From an uncultured Rhodobacterales bacterium (GTDB taxonomy: Bacteria; Pseudomonadota; Alphaproteobacteria; Rhodobacterales; Rhodobacteraceae): a DNA stretch of 64,000 bases. Where the stretch lies: the NCBI GenBank assembly GCA_964627355.1, contig CAZVIS010000001.1, positions 37,086 through 101,085 of the forward strand, in the 5' to 3' direction. How positions within the stretch are numbered: the first letter of the stretch is position 1; the number at the start of each line of letters is the position of its first letter. Positions 1 through 8,143 of the stretch are shown piece after piece. Position numbers and translations under genes: made by a program. The notes under the pieces were generated by a model. It saw only the letters and a list, made by a program, of their open reading frames with translations, was not told where the DNA came from and searched no databases.

Positions 1-720
1 GCCGTTGTAGAAGAAATATCCGATGTCGAGGTTTTTCAGGTGCTCATAGCCGTTCAGCTGCTCGTAGTAGGTATAGGTCACCGTTTCGAACTTGGCCTCG
101 TCGGTCGGCATCAGAACCGCTTCGGCGTCGCCCCGGAAATAGCTGCCGGTCATGGCGACGATGTGCGCCCGATCCCGCGCCATGAAGGCCCCGAGGTGTC
201 CGCCCAGCTTGTTGTCGGGGTTTGCGCTGACATGGTGGAATTCATCGATGGCGATCAGGCGGTCGTCAAAGGCATCGACCCCGAACCGTTCCACGGCGAA
301 GCGGAAAGTGGCATGGGTGCAGACCAACACGCGGTCACTGCTTTCCAGAAACGCACCGACCGAGTTCACCTTGCCGCCATCCGTGCCGGGCGAGTTGCAA
401 AGGTTCCACCGTGGCTCGACCTTCCAGTCAGCCCAGAAGCCGAATTTGGACAGCGGCTCATCGGCGAAACTGGATCCGATCGACTTTTCCGGCACCACGA
501 TGATCGCCTGCTTCAGGCCCTGATTGTGCAGCTTGTCCAGCGCGATGAACATCAACGCCCGGCTTTTGCCGGAAGCGGGGGGCGACTTGATCAGCAGGTA
601 TTGCTCTCCCCGCTTTTCATAGGCCCGTTCCTGCATGACACGCATGCCCAGTTCGTTGGCCGTGGTCGAACTGCCGTTGCGGGCATAGGTGACAGAGACG
701 GAAGGGACGGATTGTACCAT
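1..720 (-). CDS. SF2 DExH-box helicase, N-terminal ~240 aa only (gene runs off the left edge)
   Basis: My own minus-strand translation from the ATG at 720 reads MVQSVPSVSVTYARNG... It shows Walker A LLIKSPPASGKSRAL, motif II LIAIDEFHH and motif III VAMTGSY. It is absent from the ORF track because there is no stop codon inside the window. Confidence 0.8.
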   Translation of the reverse strand, partial: MVQSVPSVSVTYARNGSSTTANELGMRVMQERAYEKRGEQYLLIKSPPASGKSRALMFIALDKLHNQGLKQAIIVVPEKSIGSSFADEPLSKFGFWADWKVEPRWNLCNSPGTDGGKVNSVGAFLESSDRVLVCTHATFRFAVERFGVDAFDDRLIAIDEFHHVSANPDNKLGGHLGAFMARDRAHIVAMTGSYFRGDAEAVLMPTDEAKFETVTYTYYEQLNGYEHLKNLDIGYFFYNG

Positions 721-722
721 GT

Positions 723-1130
723 TCAAATCCTGTACTCAGAAAGCAGTTTGATCGCCCAGCTGGGCGGCGAGGGCCAGCTTCGCCCGCCTGCCAGATGCCA
801 GGTGACGCTGTCGGCGCCGATCAGGCCATTTTGTTCAAGGTGCAGGACAAAGGCATCGTGATCGTAGATGTAGCAATCCTGACCGTGGAAAAAGGCGATG
901 TGGATGGATTTCCCAAGATACTTCTTGTCGATGGTCAGCCGTCCCTTCAGTTGCACTTTCAGGATGGTTTCGCCATCGACGTGACAGGCCATGAAATCGG
1001 CGCCCTGCCAGTCGTCTGTCAGGCGCAGGCAGTTGTAGCCGTAGTCGGCCAGCCGTGCCGCAACCTTCTGGAAATTGTGGTTTTCCTTTTGGCGCGAGTT
1101 CAGGGACTCGTAGGCGACTGGTCTAAACAC
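723..1130 (-). CDS. 135-aa hypothetical protein, possible small PD-(D/E)xK-fold nuclease
   Basis: ORF track. The GTG start overlaps the stop of the upstream MTase by 8 nt, and the gene ends 2 nt before the helicase ATG. The segment GADFMACHVDGETILKVQLKGR fits a D...(E/Q)xK pattern, but only weakly. Confidence 0.45.
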   Translation of the reverse strand: MFRPVAYESLNSRQKENHNFQKVAARLADYGYNCLRLTDDWQGADFMACHVDGETILKVQLKGRLTIDKKYLGKSIHIAFFHGQDCYIYDHDAFVLHLEQNGLIGADSVTWHLAGGRSWPSPPSWAIKLLSEYRI

Positions 1131-3888
1131 GGGCGCTGACCTTTGGTTTTGTCGTCATCTTCGTATACATATCGAATAGCTTCTCCAGCCGTTCGGTGTC
1201 GTTCTTGAAGCGGCGGCCGATGTAGATGCGTTCGAGGGTTTCGTCGTTGCGGTCGTGGGCGGCTCGCAGGTTTTCGGGCATCCTTTCGGGGTCGTAGAGA
1301 TCGGCGATGGTGGCGGGGAAATGCGCTTCGCGGGCGAGGAGGATTTCTTCGGCGCAGGCAGTCAGGTCAGCCTTGTTCTTTTCGGTGAGGGTGGGGACGG
1401 GGAAGGTGTTCCAGCCGAGGGTGTTGGAGTAGCTGAAATCCGTCCGCATCCGAACGCAGACGGTGCCGATCCAGACCCAGTGCAGGCGCGACGCGATCAG
1501 CGCCATGTTCCAGAGCGGGGCGTCGCACAAAGCAAAGTTCCGATCCCCGACAATCGTGTTCTTGCCAAAGTAATCTATTGGAAGAAATTCCCTGTTTTCA
1601 GAGCTAACCCGTGGAACCACGATGCAATCTGTGTCGCAAATCCCCTGAATTTGCCTGAACTTATGGGGGTATTTCGCATAGTCGCGCGTCGATGAAGCTG
1701 AACTTTCCGAACGCATTTTTCGGACGCCCTCAATTCGCGTTGCAATCGGCGCCACATTCATGGCCTTTTGAACTGCATCATCTTCAATCCAGATGCAGTA
1801 ACGAGAGAGCCCATTGATTAGCTCTTGCGCTCCGACGAAGCGACGAACAAACGGTATAGCCGCTGCTTCTGATCGTGCGAGATCATCTTTTTCATCGGCA
1901 CTGAGCAGCAGATTGCCCCCGTCCGTAGGCATGTTTCCTCGGATCATGTAACCCCGAACGTCCTTTGCTCGCGAAAGCGGCTCGATGATCACGTTTTGAC
2001 CCGCCACGAGGTAAGCGTTGATTTGGTCCACTTCTCGCAGGCCCGTTTCACCGACGGTATCGGCAGAGAACAACTTTTTGCGCTTCGTGTCGGGTTCGCC
2101 GACGCCGACGATCACGACCGTTACGCCTGCATTATGGGCGGCCAGATTGGACCATTTAAACGAAGTGTGCGCGAACTTGATCTCCTGGCCGTTTCCAAAA
2201 ATCATCGGCCAGAGTATGGGCACTTGTTCGCCTTGGCATATTGAGTTCGTGCTCACGAAGGCGAAGCAACCCTTTGTTTTCGTCAAGAAATCGGTAGCCT
2301 TTTTGAACCAGCAGGCGACGAGGTCAAGCGAGCGCCAAGTCTTCGTGTGCTGCCCAAACACATGCGACACATCACTTTTTTGGTCTGCACTTTGTCGCGC
2401 ACTGCCAACATACGGCGGGTTTCCGCAAATATACGTCTCTCCACCCTCGTTCTCGAAATCGATCTGCGCCTGATCCAATGGTGTGTGGAACAGATCCTCA
2501 GCCTGAAACCGCACCCCGGTCCCCGTCGGCGGGCAGATCGACAGCCAGTCCAGCCGCAGAGCGTTGCCCTGGGTGATCCAGTTCTGCGCGTTCAGCGGCA
2601 AGAACTCGGCCCGCGCCTGCACCTCACCGCGATAGGTCACGTCGCACTGGAACTCGGCGATGATTAGCGCCAGACGGGCGATCTCGGCGGCGAAATCGCG
2701 CAGCTCGATGCCGCGGAAGTTGGTCTTGGGGATGGCGGTCTTGGCGTCAGCCTCGCCCCGGCGCTGGTTGATCACCGCCTCGATCGCGCGCATTTCTTTG
2801 TAGGCGATGACAAGGAAGTTGCCCGATCCGCAGGCGGGGTCGAACACCCTGATCTTGGCCATCCGGTTGCGCAGGTTCAGTAGTTTGCGGGGGTTGTCGC
2901 CCGCCTCCTCCAGCTGCGCGCGCAGGTCATCGAGGAACAGCGGGTTCAGCACCTTCAGGATATTCGGCACCGAGGTGTAGTGCATGCCAAGCGCGGACCG
3001 CTCACCCTCATCCGCGACGGCCTGGATCATGCTGCCGAAGATGTCGGGGTTGATCTTGGTCCAGTCGAGGCTGCCGATGTGCAGAAGGTAGCTGCGCGCG
3101 ATCTTAGAAAAGCGCGGAACGTCGGTGTCGCCCGAGAAGAGGCCGCCGTTTACATAGGGGAAGGCGTTGGCCCAGTTGCGCAGGTCGGCCGTGGGGCGGG
3201 CGGGCAGCGCGGTGTTCATCGCGCGGAAGATTTCGCTGATGACCCAGTGGGTGTTGGTGCTGGCCGGGTCGCTGAACTGGCTGACGGTGGTGGTGAACAG
3301 GGTGCCGCCGTTGAAGATGCCGGTGTCTTCGGCGAAGAAGCAGAAGATCAGCCGGGCCATGAAGTGGTTCATGTCATGGCGGCGCGCCTCGGTTCCCCAT
3401 TCGGGGTTGTCCTTGAGCAGTTCGACATAAAGTCGGTTCAGGCGGCCAGTCGCCTTGATGTCAAAAGCGCTTTCGCGGATCTGTTTGACGGTGGTGATGC
3501 CCGCGAGCGGCAGGAAAAAGCCGAAATGGTCATGGAAATCGGGATAGGCGCAGGCAACCGGTGGGTCGTCAGAGGTGAGGTCTTCGGCCTCGAGCGTCTC
3601 GCCATCGGTGGCCAGGATGAAGCGGGCCTTGCCCTTCGCCGTGGCCGGACTGGCGCGCAGGGCGGCGATGGTGGTCGAGGTTTGCCCGGGCGCGCAGGTC
3701 GCAATGTGGATATTGTTGGTCTGAAGGACGCCACCCAGATCGGACTTGTTCGACACGCCGGTGCGCAGGCGTTTGAGGGTGGTTTCCTTGTTCCCGAAGG
3801 CTTCAAGGAACTGAAACGGGAATTCCTGCCGGTCAAAGGGTTTTTCGGCCAGTTCGGAAATGGCCTGTTCAATCTCTACGGCGTTCAT
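1123..3888 (-). CDS. MmeI-family (type IIG/IIL-like) N6-adenine DNA methyltransferase; N-terminal nuclease motif appears degenerate
   Basis: Motif I is VFDPACGSGNFLV and motif IV is CGNPPYVGS. The N-terminus (PFQFLEAFG) and C-terminus (DLYDPERMPENLRAAHDRNDETLERIY..FKNDTERLEKLFDMY) are MmeI-like. At the expected ExK position the sequence reads IHIATC. The likely ATG at 3888 overlaps the vapC stop as ATGA. Confidence 0.8.
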   Translation of the reverse strand: MNAVEIEQAISELAEKPFDRQEFPFQFLEAFGNKETTLKRLRTGVSNKSDLGGVLQTNNIHIATCAPGQTSTTIAALRASPATAKGKARFILATDGETLEAEDLTSDDPPVACAYPDFHDHFGFFLPLAGITTVKQIRESAFDIKATGRLNRLYVELLKDNPEWGTEARRHDMNHFMARLIFCFFAEDTGIFNGGTLFTTTVSQFSDPASTNTHWVISEIFRAMNTALPARPTADLRNWANAFPYVNGGLFSGDTDVPRFSKIARSYLLHIGSLDWTKINPDIFGSMIQAVADEGERSALGMHYTSVPNILKVLNPLFLDDLRAQLEEAGDNPRKLLNLRNRMAKIRVFDPACGSGNFLVIAYKEMRAIEAVINQRRGEADAKTAIPKTNFRGIELRDFAAEIARLALIIAEFQCDVTYRGEVQARAEFLPLNAQNWITQGNALRLDWLSICPPTGTGVRFQAEDLFHTPLDQAQIDFENEGGETYICGNPPYVGSARQSADQKSDVSHVFGQHTKTWRSLDLVACWFKKATDFLTKTKGCFAFVSTNSICQGEQVPILWPMIFGNGQEIKFAHTSFKWSNLAAHNAGVTVVIVGVGEPDTKRKKLFSADTVGETGLREVDQINAYLVAGQNVIIEPLSRAKDVRGYMIRGNMPTDGGNLLLSADEKDDLARSEAAAIPFVRRFVGAQELINGLSRYCIWIEDDAVQKAMNVAPIATRIEGVRKMRSESSASSTRDYAKYPHKFRQIQGICDTDCIVVPRVSSENREFLPIDYFGKNTIVGDRNFALCDAPLWNMALIASRLHWVWIGTVCVRMRTDFSYSNTLGWNTFPVPTLTEKNKADLTACAEEILLAREAHFPATIADLYDPERMPENLRAAHDRNDETLERIYIGRRFKNDTERLEKLFDMYTKMTTKPKVSARV

Positions 3889-4307
3889 TCGGCATTCCAA
3901 GGGTTAATCACGCGAACGCCGCAGCCGTCGAAATCCTTGACGTTGCGGGTGGCAATAGGGGCATCTGTGGCGCGGGCGATTGCGGCTATCTGGCAGTCGG
4001 CCTCGGCAATGGGTCGGCCCGCAGCGCGGCGCTGCGCCGCAATCTCGGCGTAGGCTTTGGCAGCAAGGCTATCGAAGGGCAGAACCCGTGACTGGAAATC
4101 CTGATCGATCATCGCGTCGATGGCCAGTTGCAGCCGGTCACGGCGCTGACCTTCCGGAAGGATCGCGACACCGGTGCGCAGTTCCGCCTCGGTGACCGCC
4201 GAGATGAACAGATCGCCTGCGTCATGGTCGCCGAACCAGTCCAGCACGATCTGGGCGGGCTCGGTCCGCATCAGTTCCGAGATTACGTTGGTGTCGAGGA
4301 GGATCAT
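3885..4307 (-). CDS. vapC: PIN-domain toxin VapC/FitB
   Basis: MILLDTNVISELMR... and ...PIATRNVKDF are typical PIN signatures. The gene lies directly downstream of a ribbon-helix-helix (RHH) antitoxin gene. Confidence 0.85.
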   Translation of the reverse strand: MILLDTNVISELMRTEPAQIVLDWFGDHDAGDLFISAVTEAELRTGVAILPEGQRRDRLQLAIDAMIDQDFQSRVLPFDSLAAKAYAEIAAQRRAAGRPIAEADCQIAAIARATDAPIATRNVKDFDGCGVRVINPWNAE

Positions 4308-4310
4308 CGA

Positions 4311-4553
4311 TTACTCGAAGTCCGGTGTGGGCCGCATCGGGCTGCGCTTTGTCGGCGGCAGGTCAATGCCGCCCACCGCCGCGAACCGGGCATGGATGGC
4401 CTGTCCAAGGTTCTTCGGGGCGCTGGGCTGGCCGACAACCTGCCGCAGGATGTCGCGGGCTTCTTCCTCCATCGATCGACCGTGTTCGGCCGCGCGCACC
4501 CGCAGGCGGCGCTTTACATCGTCGTCGAGATTGCGAATCGTGATGCTGGCCAT
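4311..4553 (-). CDS. vapB: Ribbon-helix-helix antitoxin (VapB/FitA-like)
   Basis: MASITIRNLDDDVKRRLRVRAAEHGRSMEEEARDIL is a typical RHH N-terminus. The ATG at 4553 is preceded by GGAGGG. The track ORF starts further upstream, probably spuriously. Confidence 0.8.
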   Translation of the reverse strand: MASITIRNLDDDVKRRLRVRAAEHGRSMEEEARDILRQVVGQPSAPKNLGQAIHARFAAVGGIDLPPTKRSPMRPTPDFE

Positions 4554-4672
4554 GTTGCCCTCCGGTTGCAGCACTGAAGATAGGCAGTGATTGCATTGCA
4601 ATCAAGACAAAGTTGCCTTGCGGACCGGACCAGTTCTTACCAGTCTCCGTGATTATCGCATTGGAAATACAG

Positions 4673-5353
4673 CTATTTACCCGGCGATACGAGCCACGGC
4701 CGCACCTTCGGCATCGCCGCCGTCACCTCGACTTCGCGCAGCATCCCCCCCGCTATCAGCCCATCACGCACCCAGTCGATCGCGAGCCACCAGTCTTCAT
4801 AGCCGCATCGGGCAGATGCGATCTGCTCCGGGTGGGGCCGCCAGGTGACTGGGCAAGCGAGGATGTCTATGGTTCTCCATGTGCCTCGTGCGGTTGGGCC
4901 TTGAACCCGTATCCGCACGGTGCCCACCACGATGGTGGCGGAGCGTTCGCCATGCTGGTTCTGTTTGGTTTCGACCGGCACGCAGCGCGGCACGGCGTCG
5001 GGCATCCAGTCCGGGGTCAGCCCGGCCCTTGCCAGTTCCGCCACCCGGATCGCCATGCGGATGCCGCCGAGACTTTGGGGCATTCCGGCGACGGTGGCGG
5101 CGATCACCTCGGCATCCGGGTGGGTGTAGCTACCCCTCTTGTGCTGGCCGCCGTCCACTTTGCAGCCAAGCATGGCGCGTTGCAGCAGGACATACTCCAG
5201 GCCGAAGCCGAAGCCTTCCTCGGTCACGTCCTTTGGCGGGGGCAGTTCAAGTTGCGCCTTCTCCACACCAAACGTCCATTCGAGAGCCGCCTGCACGCCC
5301 AGCGCGCGTTTGATGCGGGTGCCGCCCGGGGCGATCTTTCCTTGCATCGTCAT
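4673..5353 (-). CDS. Conserved phage hypothetical protein (226 aa), paralog of 59386-60060
   Basis: ORF track. The ATG at 5353 forms an ATGA overlap with the stop at 5350-5352 of the upstream frame-B ORF. The second copy in the window has the same arrangement. Confidence 0.7.
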   Translation of the reverse strand: MTMQGKIAPGGTRIKRALGVQAALEWTFGVEKAQLELPPPKDVTEEGFGFGLEYVLLQRAMLGCKVDGGQHKRGSYTHPDAEVIAATVAGMPQSLGGIRMAIRVAELARAGLTPDWMPDAVPRCVPVETKQNQHGERSATIVVGTVRIRVQGPTARGTWRTIDILACPVTWRPHPEQIASARCGYEDWWLAIDWVRDGLIAGGMLREVEVTAAMPKVRPWLVSPGK

Positions 5354-6523
5354 TCGGGCCAACCTTCAAACAGCATCAACTGGGCCGGGCGCTGGGCCTC
5401 GCCCGATGGCCGCCAGATCCACGGGCCGGAGGCCATGGGCAGCTGCGAGAGCGCGCCACGCATGTGCTGCTGCCAGAGGGTGAACTCCGTTGCCGAGCAC
5501 GCGCAAAGCGCGTGCCCGATGGGCCAGCCCATCAGCCATCCGACGAAGAGCGGGTTCAGCCGCCGCCGCGCCCGACCCTTCAGGATTCGCCGCGAGACGA
5601 CGCGCCCATGCGAGGCAATCATCGAAGCCCAGAGCGGGCGCGAGATCGGGGCGTGCGGCGAGGACCGCTGCCCATCCGGCGTAATCGCCGGGACCGGGCG
5701 GGTGAAGCCCTGTTCCGCCCGGTAGTGCAGGATGTCCATCCGGGACTTGCCATCCGCCCGAGTAATGCTGGCCTCGCTGGATCCTTTCCAGTTCTGCGCC
5801 GCTGGTGTCGGCCATTGCGCGGCCTGCGCTGGAAGAGGTGGCGCCCCACCCGAACCGTAACTCTGGCCCGGGCCGCCCTTCGCGCCATCCGTCGCCTTCG
5901 GCGTCGACCAGTTGGTGATGCCCAGCGCCAGCGCCTCGGCCTTTCGGGTGAAGTCGCTGTTCCCGGCCGGGTTGTAGCGTTCCGTGCCCGGATGCAGGCT
6001 CATCGGTGTGGGCCAGGATGAAGATGCGCAGCCGCTGGTGCGGCGCGCCAACTTCTGCCGCCGAGAACAGGCCCGCCGCAGGCGTGTAGCCCATTGCCCA
6101 AAGCTCTCGCAGGACGGCTTCAAGGCCGAGGGTGACATGACCGGGGACGTTTTCGAGGAAGACCCACTTTGGGCGGCACTCGACGATGACGCGTGCGACA
6201 TCTGGCCAGAGGTGGCGGGGGTCGTCGGCGCCACCGCGCTTTCCGGCCGCGCTGAAGGGTTGGCAGGGATATCCGGCCAAGACCATGTCGAAAGCCCCGC
6301 GAAAGGGGCGGGCATAGAAGTTTCGCAGATCATCCCAGATTGGGGCAGGTGCGAAGTATCCTGCGCGCTGGGCGGCGATGAGGACGGCGCGGGGCCAGTC
6401 CTCCCACTCGACAAAAGCGCGGGTGTGATATCCGGGCTCTGCGAGCATGAGGCCCATATCCAGCCCTCCGCCGCCTGCGCAGAGGGATAATCCGTGCCGG
6501 GGACGTGACACCATGCCATTCAC
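5350..6523 (-). CDS. Phage C5-cytosine DNA methyltransferase whose coding signal changes frame after motif VIII (frameshifted or split gene)
   Basis: The frame of ORF 5366-6586 carries motif I LCAGGGG, motif IV YPCQPFS, motif VI FLENV and motif VIII QRLRIFILAH. The frame of ORF 5350-6519 carries WSTPKATDGAKGG, WPTPAAQNWKGS and RRLNPLFVGWLMGWPIGH. The GTG at 6523 overlaps the upstream stop as GTGA. Confidence 0.7.
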
Positions 6524-7488
6524 GCCACCACGCGCAGGTTGAGGCGCTCGCGCGTCACCAGCCCGCGTGCCAGCATCAGTCCGCACATCGTGGCACTGAT
6601 CATTCCCTTGGGCAGGTATTCGTCGGAGTTGACCTTGGCGGCATAGAAGGCCGCCAACTCATCCTCGCTGGGCGGAGGCGCTGCATCTGCCTTGCGCCGC
6701 CGCTTGGCCTTTGTGCCCTTTGCGGTCGCAAGTGCCGCCTGCGCATCGCGCTGGGCCGCCCGTTCCATGAACCGGTCGAGGGCCTTGGGGCCATCGGGCG
6801 GGTTCGGGTGATCGGTACGGGTCTCGAGCGCGACCTCGATGATCCGCGCATGCGACAACCCGAGGTTGTCGATCCAGCGCCGAACATGCGTCTTGGCTGG
6901 CCAGCCCTGCCACCAGGCGGGCAGGGTGGCATTGGCGGCAAAGCCCAGCGCCGTCAGCAGTTCTGCGAAGAACCGATCAAATTCGGCCTCGCGCGCAGCT
7001 GCGTCCTCCTCCTCCTTTACAGGTTTACTTAGGGGTTCTCTTACAAGGTTAGTCTCCGGATTCCGGAGATGGCTTTGGGCAAAATCCGGAGATGGGTTTG
7101 TCAGAAATCCGGAGGTGGCCCCATGTCCGGAATCCGGAGATGGGTTGTCGTCCTGTTCTTCCTCCGTTCCGGAAAGCCCATCTCCGCTTTCCGGACATGG
7201 CTCTTGTGGAAATCCATCCTCGAATCCCAAGATGTAGCGGGTGGCTTGCCGCTTGTGGGTGCGCGGATCGTGCACGCGGACGCGGTGGATCAGGCGCAAT
7301 TCCTCGAGTTTGGCCAGATGCGCGTTCAGCGCCGAGATCGACATTTCCGAGTCGTCGGCCAGCCGTTCCTGTGTGGGGAAGCAGCCGAAGTCGGGGTTGT
7401 GCCGGTCGCAGAGAAACCAGAGCACGATCTTGGTGGCGGGTTTAAGCCCGCGCTGCTGGATCGCCCAGACGGTGGCTTTGTGGCTCAT
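6520..7488 (-). CDS. wHTH replication-initiator-like protein (lambda O-like organisation)
   Basis: The N-terminus MSHKATVWAIQQRGLKPATKIVLWFLCDRHNPDFGCFPTQERLADDSEMSISALNAHLAKLEE looks like a winged HTH. A low-complexity linker is encoded by an iteron array. A paralog lies at 61320-62273. Confidence 0.6.
   Translation of the reverse strand: MSHKATVWAIQQRGLKPATKIVLWFLCDRHNPDFGCFPTQERLADDSEMSISALNAHLAKLEELRLIHRVRVHDPRTHKRQATRYILGFEDGFPQEPCPESGDGLSGTEEEQDDNPSPDSGHGATSGFLTNPSPDFAQSHLRNPETNLVREPLSKPVKEEEDAAAREAEFDRFFAELLTALGFAANATLPAWWQGWPAKTHVRRWIDNLGLSHARIIEVALETRTDHPNPPDGPKALDRFMERAAQRDAQAALATAKGTKAKRRRKADAAPPPSEDELAAFYAAKVNSDEYLPKGMISATMCGLMLARGLVTRERLNLRVVA
7062..7143. repeat. Four direct iterons TCCGGAG(A/G)TGG inside the rep-like gene (putative phage origin)
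   Basis: Copies start at 7062, 7085, 7108 and 7133, a spacing of 23, 23 and 25 bp. Related inverted or partial copies lie at 7178-7200. A lower-GC stretch at 7021-7054 is adjacent. The same array occurs at 61847-61928. Confidence 0.7.
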
Positions 7489-7880
7489 GGGGCGGCCCTC
7501 CGTGCTGGAAGCTGCGCCCGGCTGGTGAAGCCGTTGTCGGCCAAGGCACCCAGCGCGTCGTCAACCGAGCGCACCAGCGCCCAGCCAAAGCCCTGCGCGC
7601 AGACGGTGTCGCGGAAGACCTCCTGAGATTTGCGCAATCGGCCGGTTTCGCTTTTGACCTCGAGGAACAGCACGCGGCCGCCGCAGATCACGATCAGGTC
7701 GGCAAACCCGGCATGGACGCCCATGCCGACGAGGATCGATTGCCGCCTTGCGCCGCGGGGCCCGGCCTCGGTCACCTCGTTGGCGCAGTGATGGACGATG
7801 GCATCTCGGGGCAGGGCGAAGCGCAGGGCTTGGACAATGGCGCGCTGGGCGTCGGCTTCGGGGGTGCTGCGCCGATTCAT
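7485..7880 (-). CDS. VRR-NUC domain nuclease
   Basis: GFADLIVICGGRVLFLEVKSETGRLRKSQEVF shows the D...ExK and Q signature. The ATG at 7880 gives MNRRSTPEADAQRAIV. The stop overlaps the next gene. Confidence 0.75.
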   Translation of the reverse strand: MNRRSTPEADAQRAIVQALRFALPRDAIVHHCANEVTEAGPRGARRQSILVGMGVHAGFADLIVICGGRVLFLEVKSETGRLRKSQEVFRDTVCAQGFGWALVRSVDDALGALADNGFTSRAQLPARRAAP

Positions 7881-8143
7881 GCGGCACCGCCATTCGGGAA
7901 GGCCGCCGCCGCGATGGCATGCAGCGGGCGCCGATCCAGCAAGCGCAGCACCTCCAGCGCGTCGCCACATTCACGCGCATCGTCGGTTTGGCCGACCAGG
8001 ACACGGGCGGCGAGAATGATCAGGCTGTCCGGATGTTGCGTGGTATCGGCCAGAACGCCGCGCGCTTCGGTCAGGCGGTCTTGCATCCAATCGCCGGTGG
8101 TCGAGGTCGGAATGACGGGCGGGGAGGGCAACGGCGCGTTCAT
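7877..8143 (-). CDS. 88-aa conserved phage hypothetical protein
   Basis: ORF track. A paralog lies at 62659-62925; both share DWMQDRLTEARG...ILAARV....RRPLHAIA.AAF. Confidence 0.55.
   Translation of the reverse strand: MNAPLPSPPVIPTSTTGDWMQDRLTEARGVLADTTQHPDSLIILAARVLVGQTDDARECGDALEVLRLLDRRPLHAIAAAAFPNGGAA

Noticed and set aside
40-861. A 273-aa plus-strand ORF (with nested ORF 152-523) covering the window start.
   Set aside because: It is the antisense shadow of the minus-strand helicase, whose translation has clear Walker A and DExH motifs. The plus-strand product is low-complexity and rich in Arg, Gly and Ala.
2980-4053. A 357-aa plus-strand ORF, plus many other long ORFs in alternative frames across the window. 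Examples are 24591-25784 (+), 25741-27015 (-), 31105-32142 (+), 36533-37837 (+), 42055-43317 (+), 52096-53706 (-) and 56799-58106 (-).
   Set aside because: These are typical high-GC shadow ORFs that overlap genes with recognisable motifs on the other strand or frame. Their products are Arg/Gly/Pro/Ala-rich and carry no motifs.
5366-5520. The motif-X-like string ALRVLGNGVHPLAAAHAW in the original frame of the C5-MTase, which would argue for a single uninterrupted ORF 5366-6523.
   Set aside because: The same nucleotides read RRLNPLFVGWLMGWPIGH..SATEF in the +1 frame. Just upstream, the substitution pattern between the two copies strongly favours the +1 frame. The +1-frame stop also gives the ATGA coupling to the next gene in both copies. 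Within this short stretch the evidence is mixed, so the question is left open in the finding rather than called.
7062-7143. A CRISPR-array interpretation of the short repeat clusters here, at 61847-61928 and at 51101-51261.
   Set aside because: The repeats are only 9-11 bp, with 3-14 bp between copies. They lie inside a gene or in a promoter region, and there are no cas genes. They are iteron or operator-type repeats, not CRISPR.
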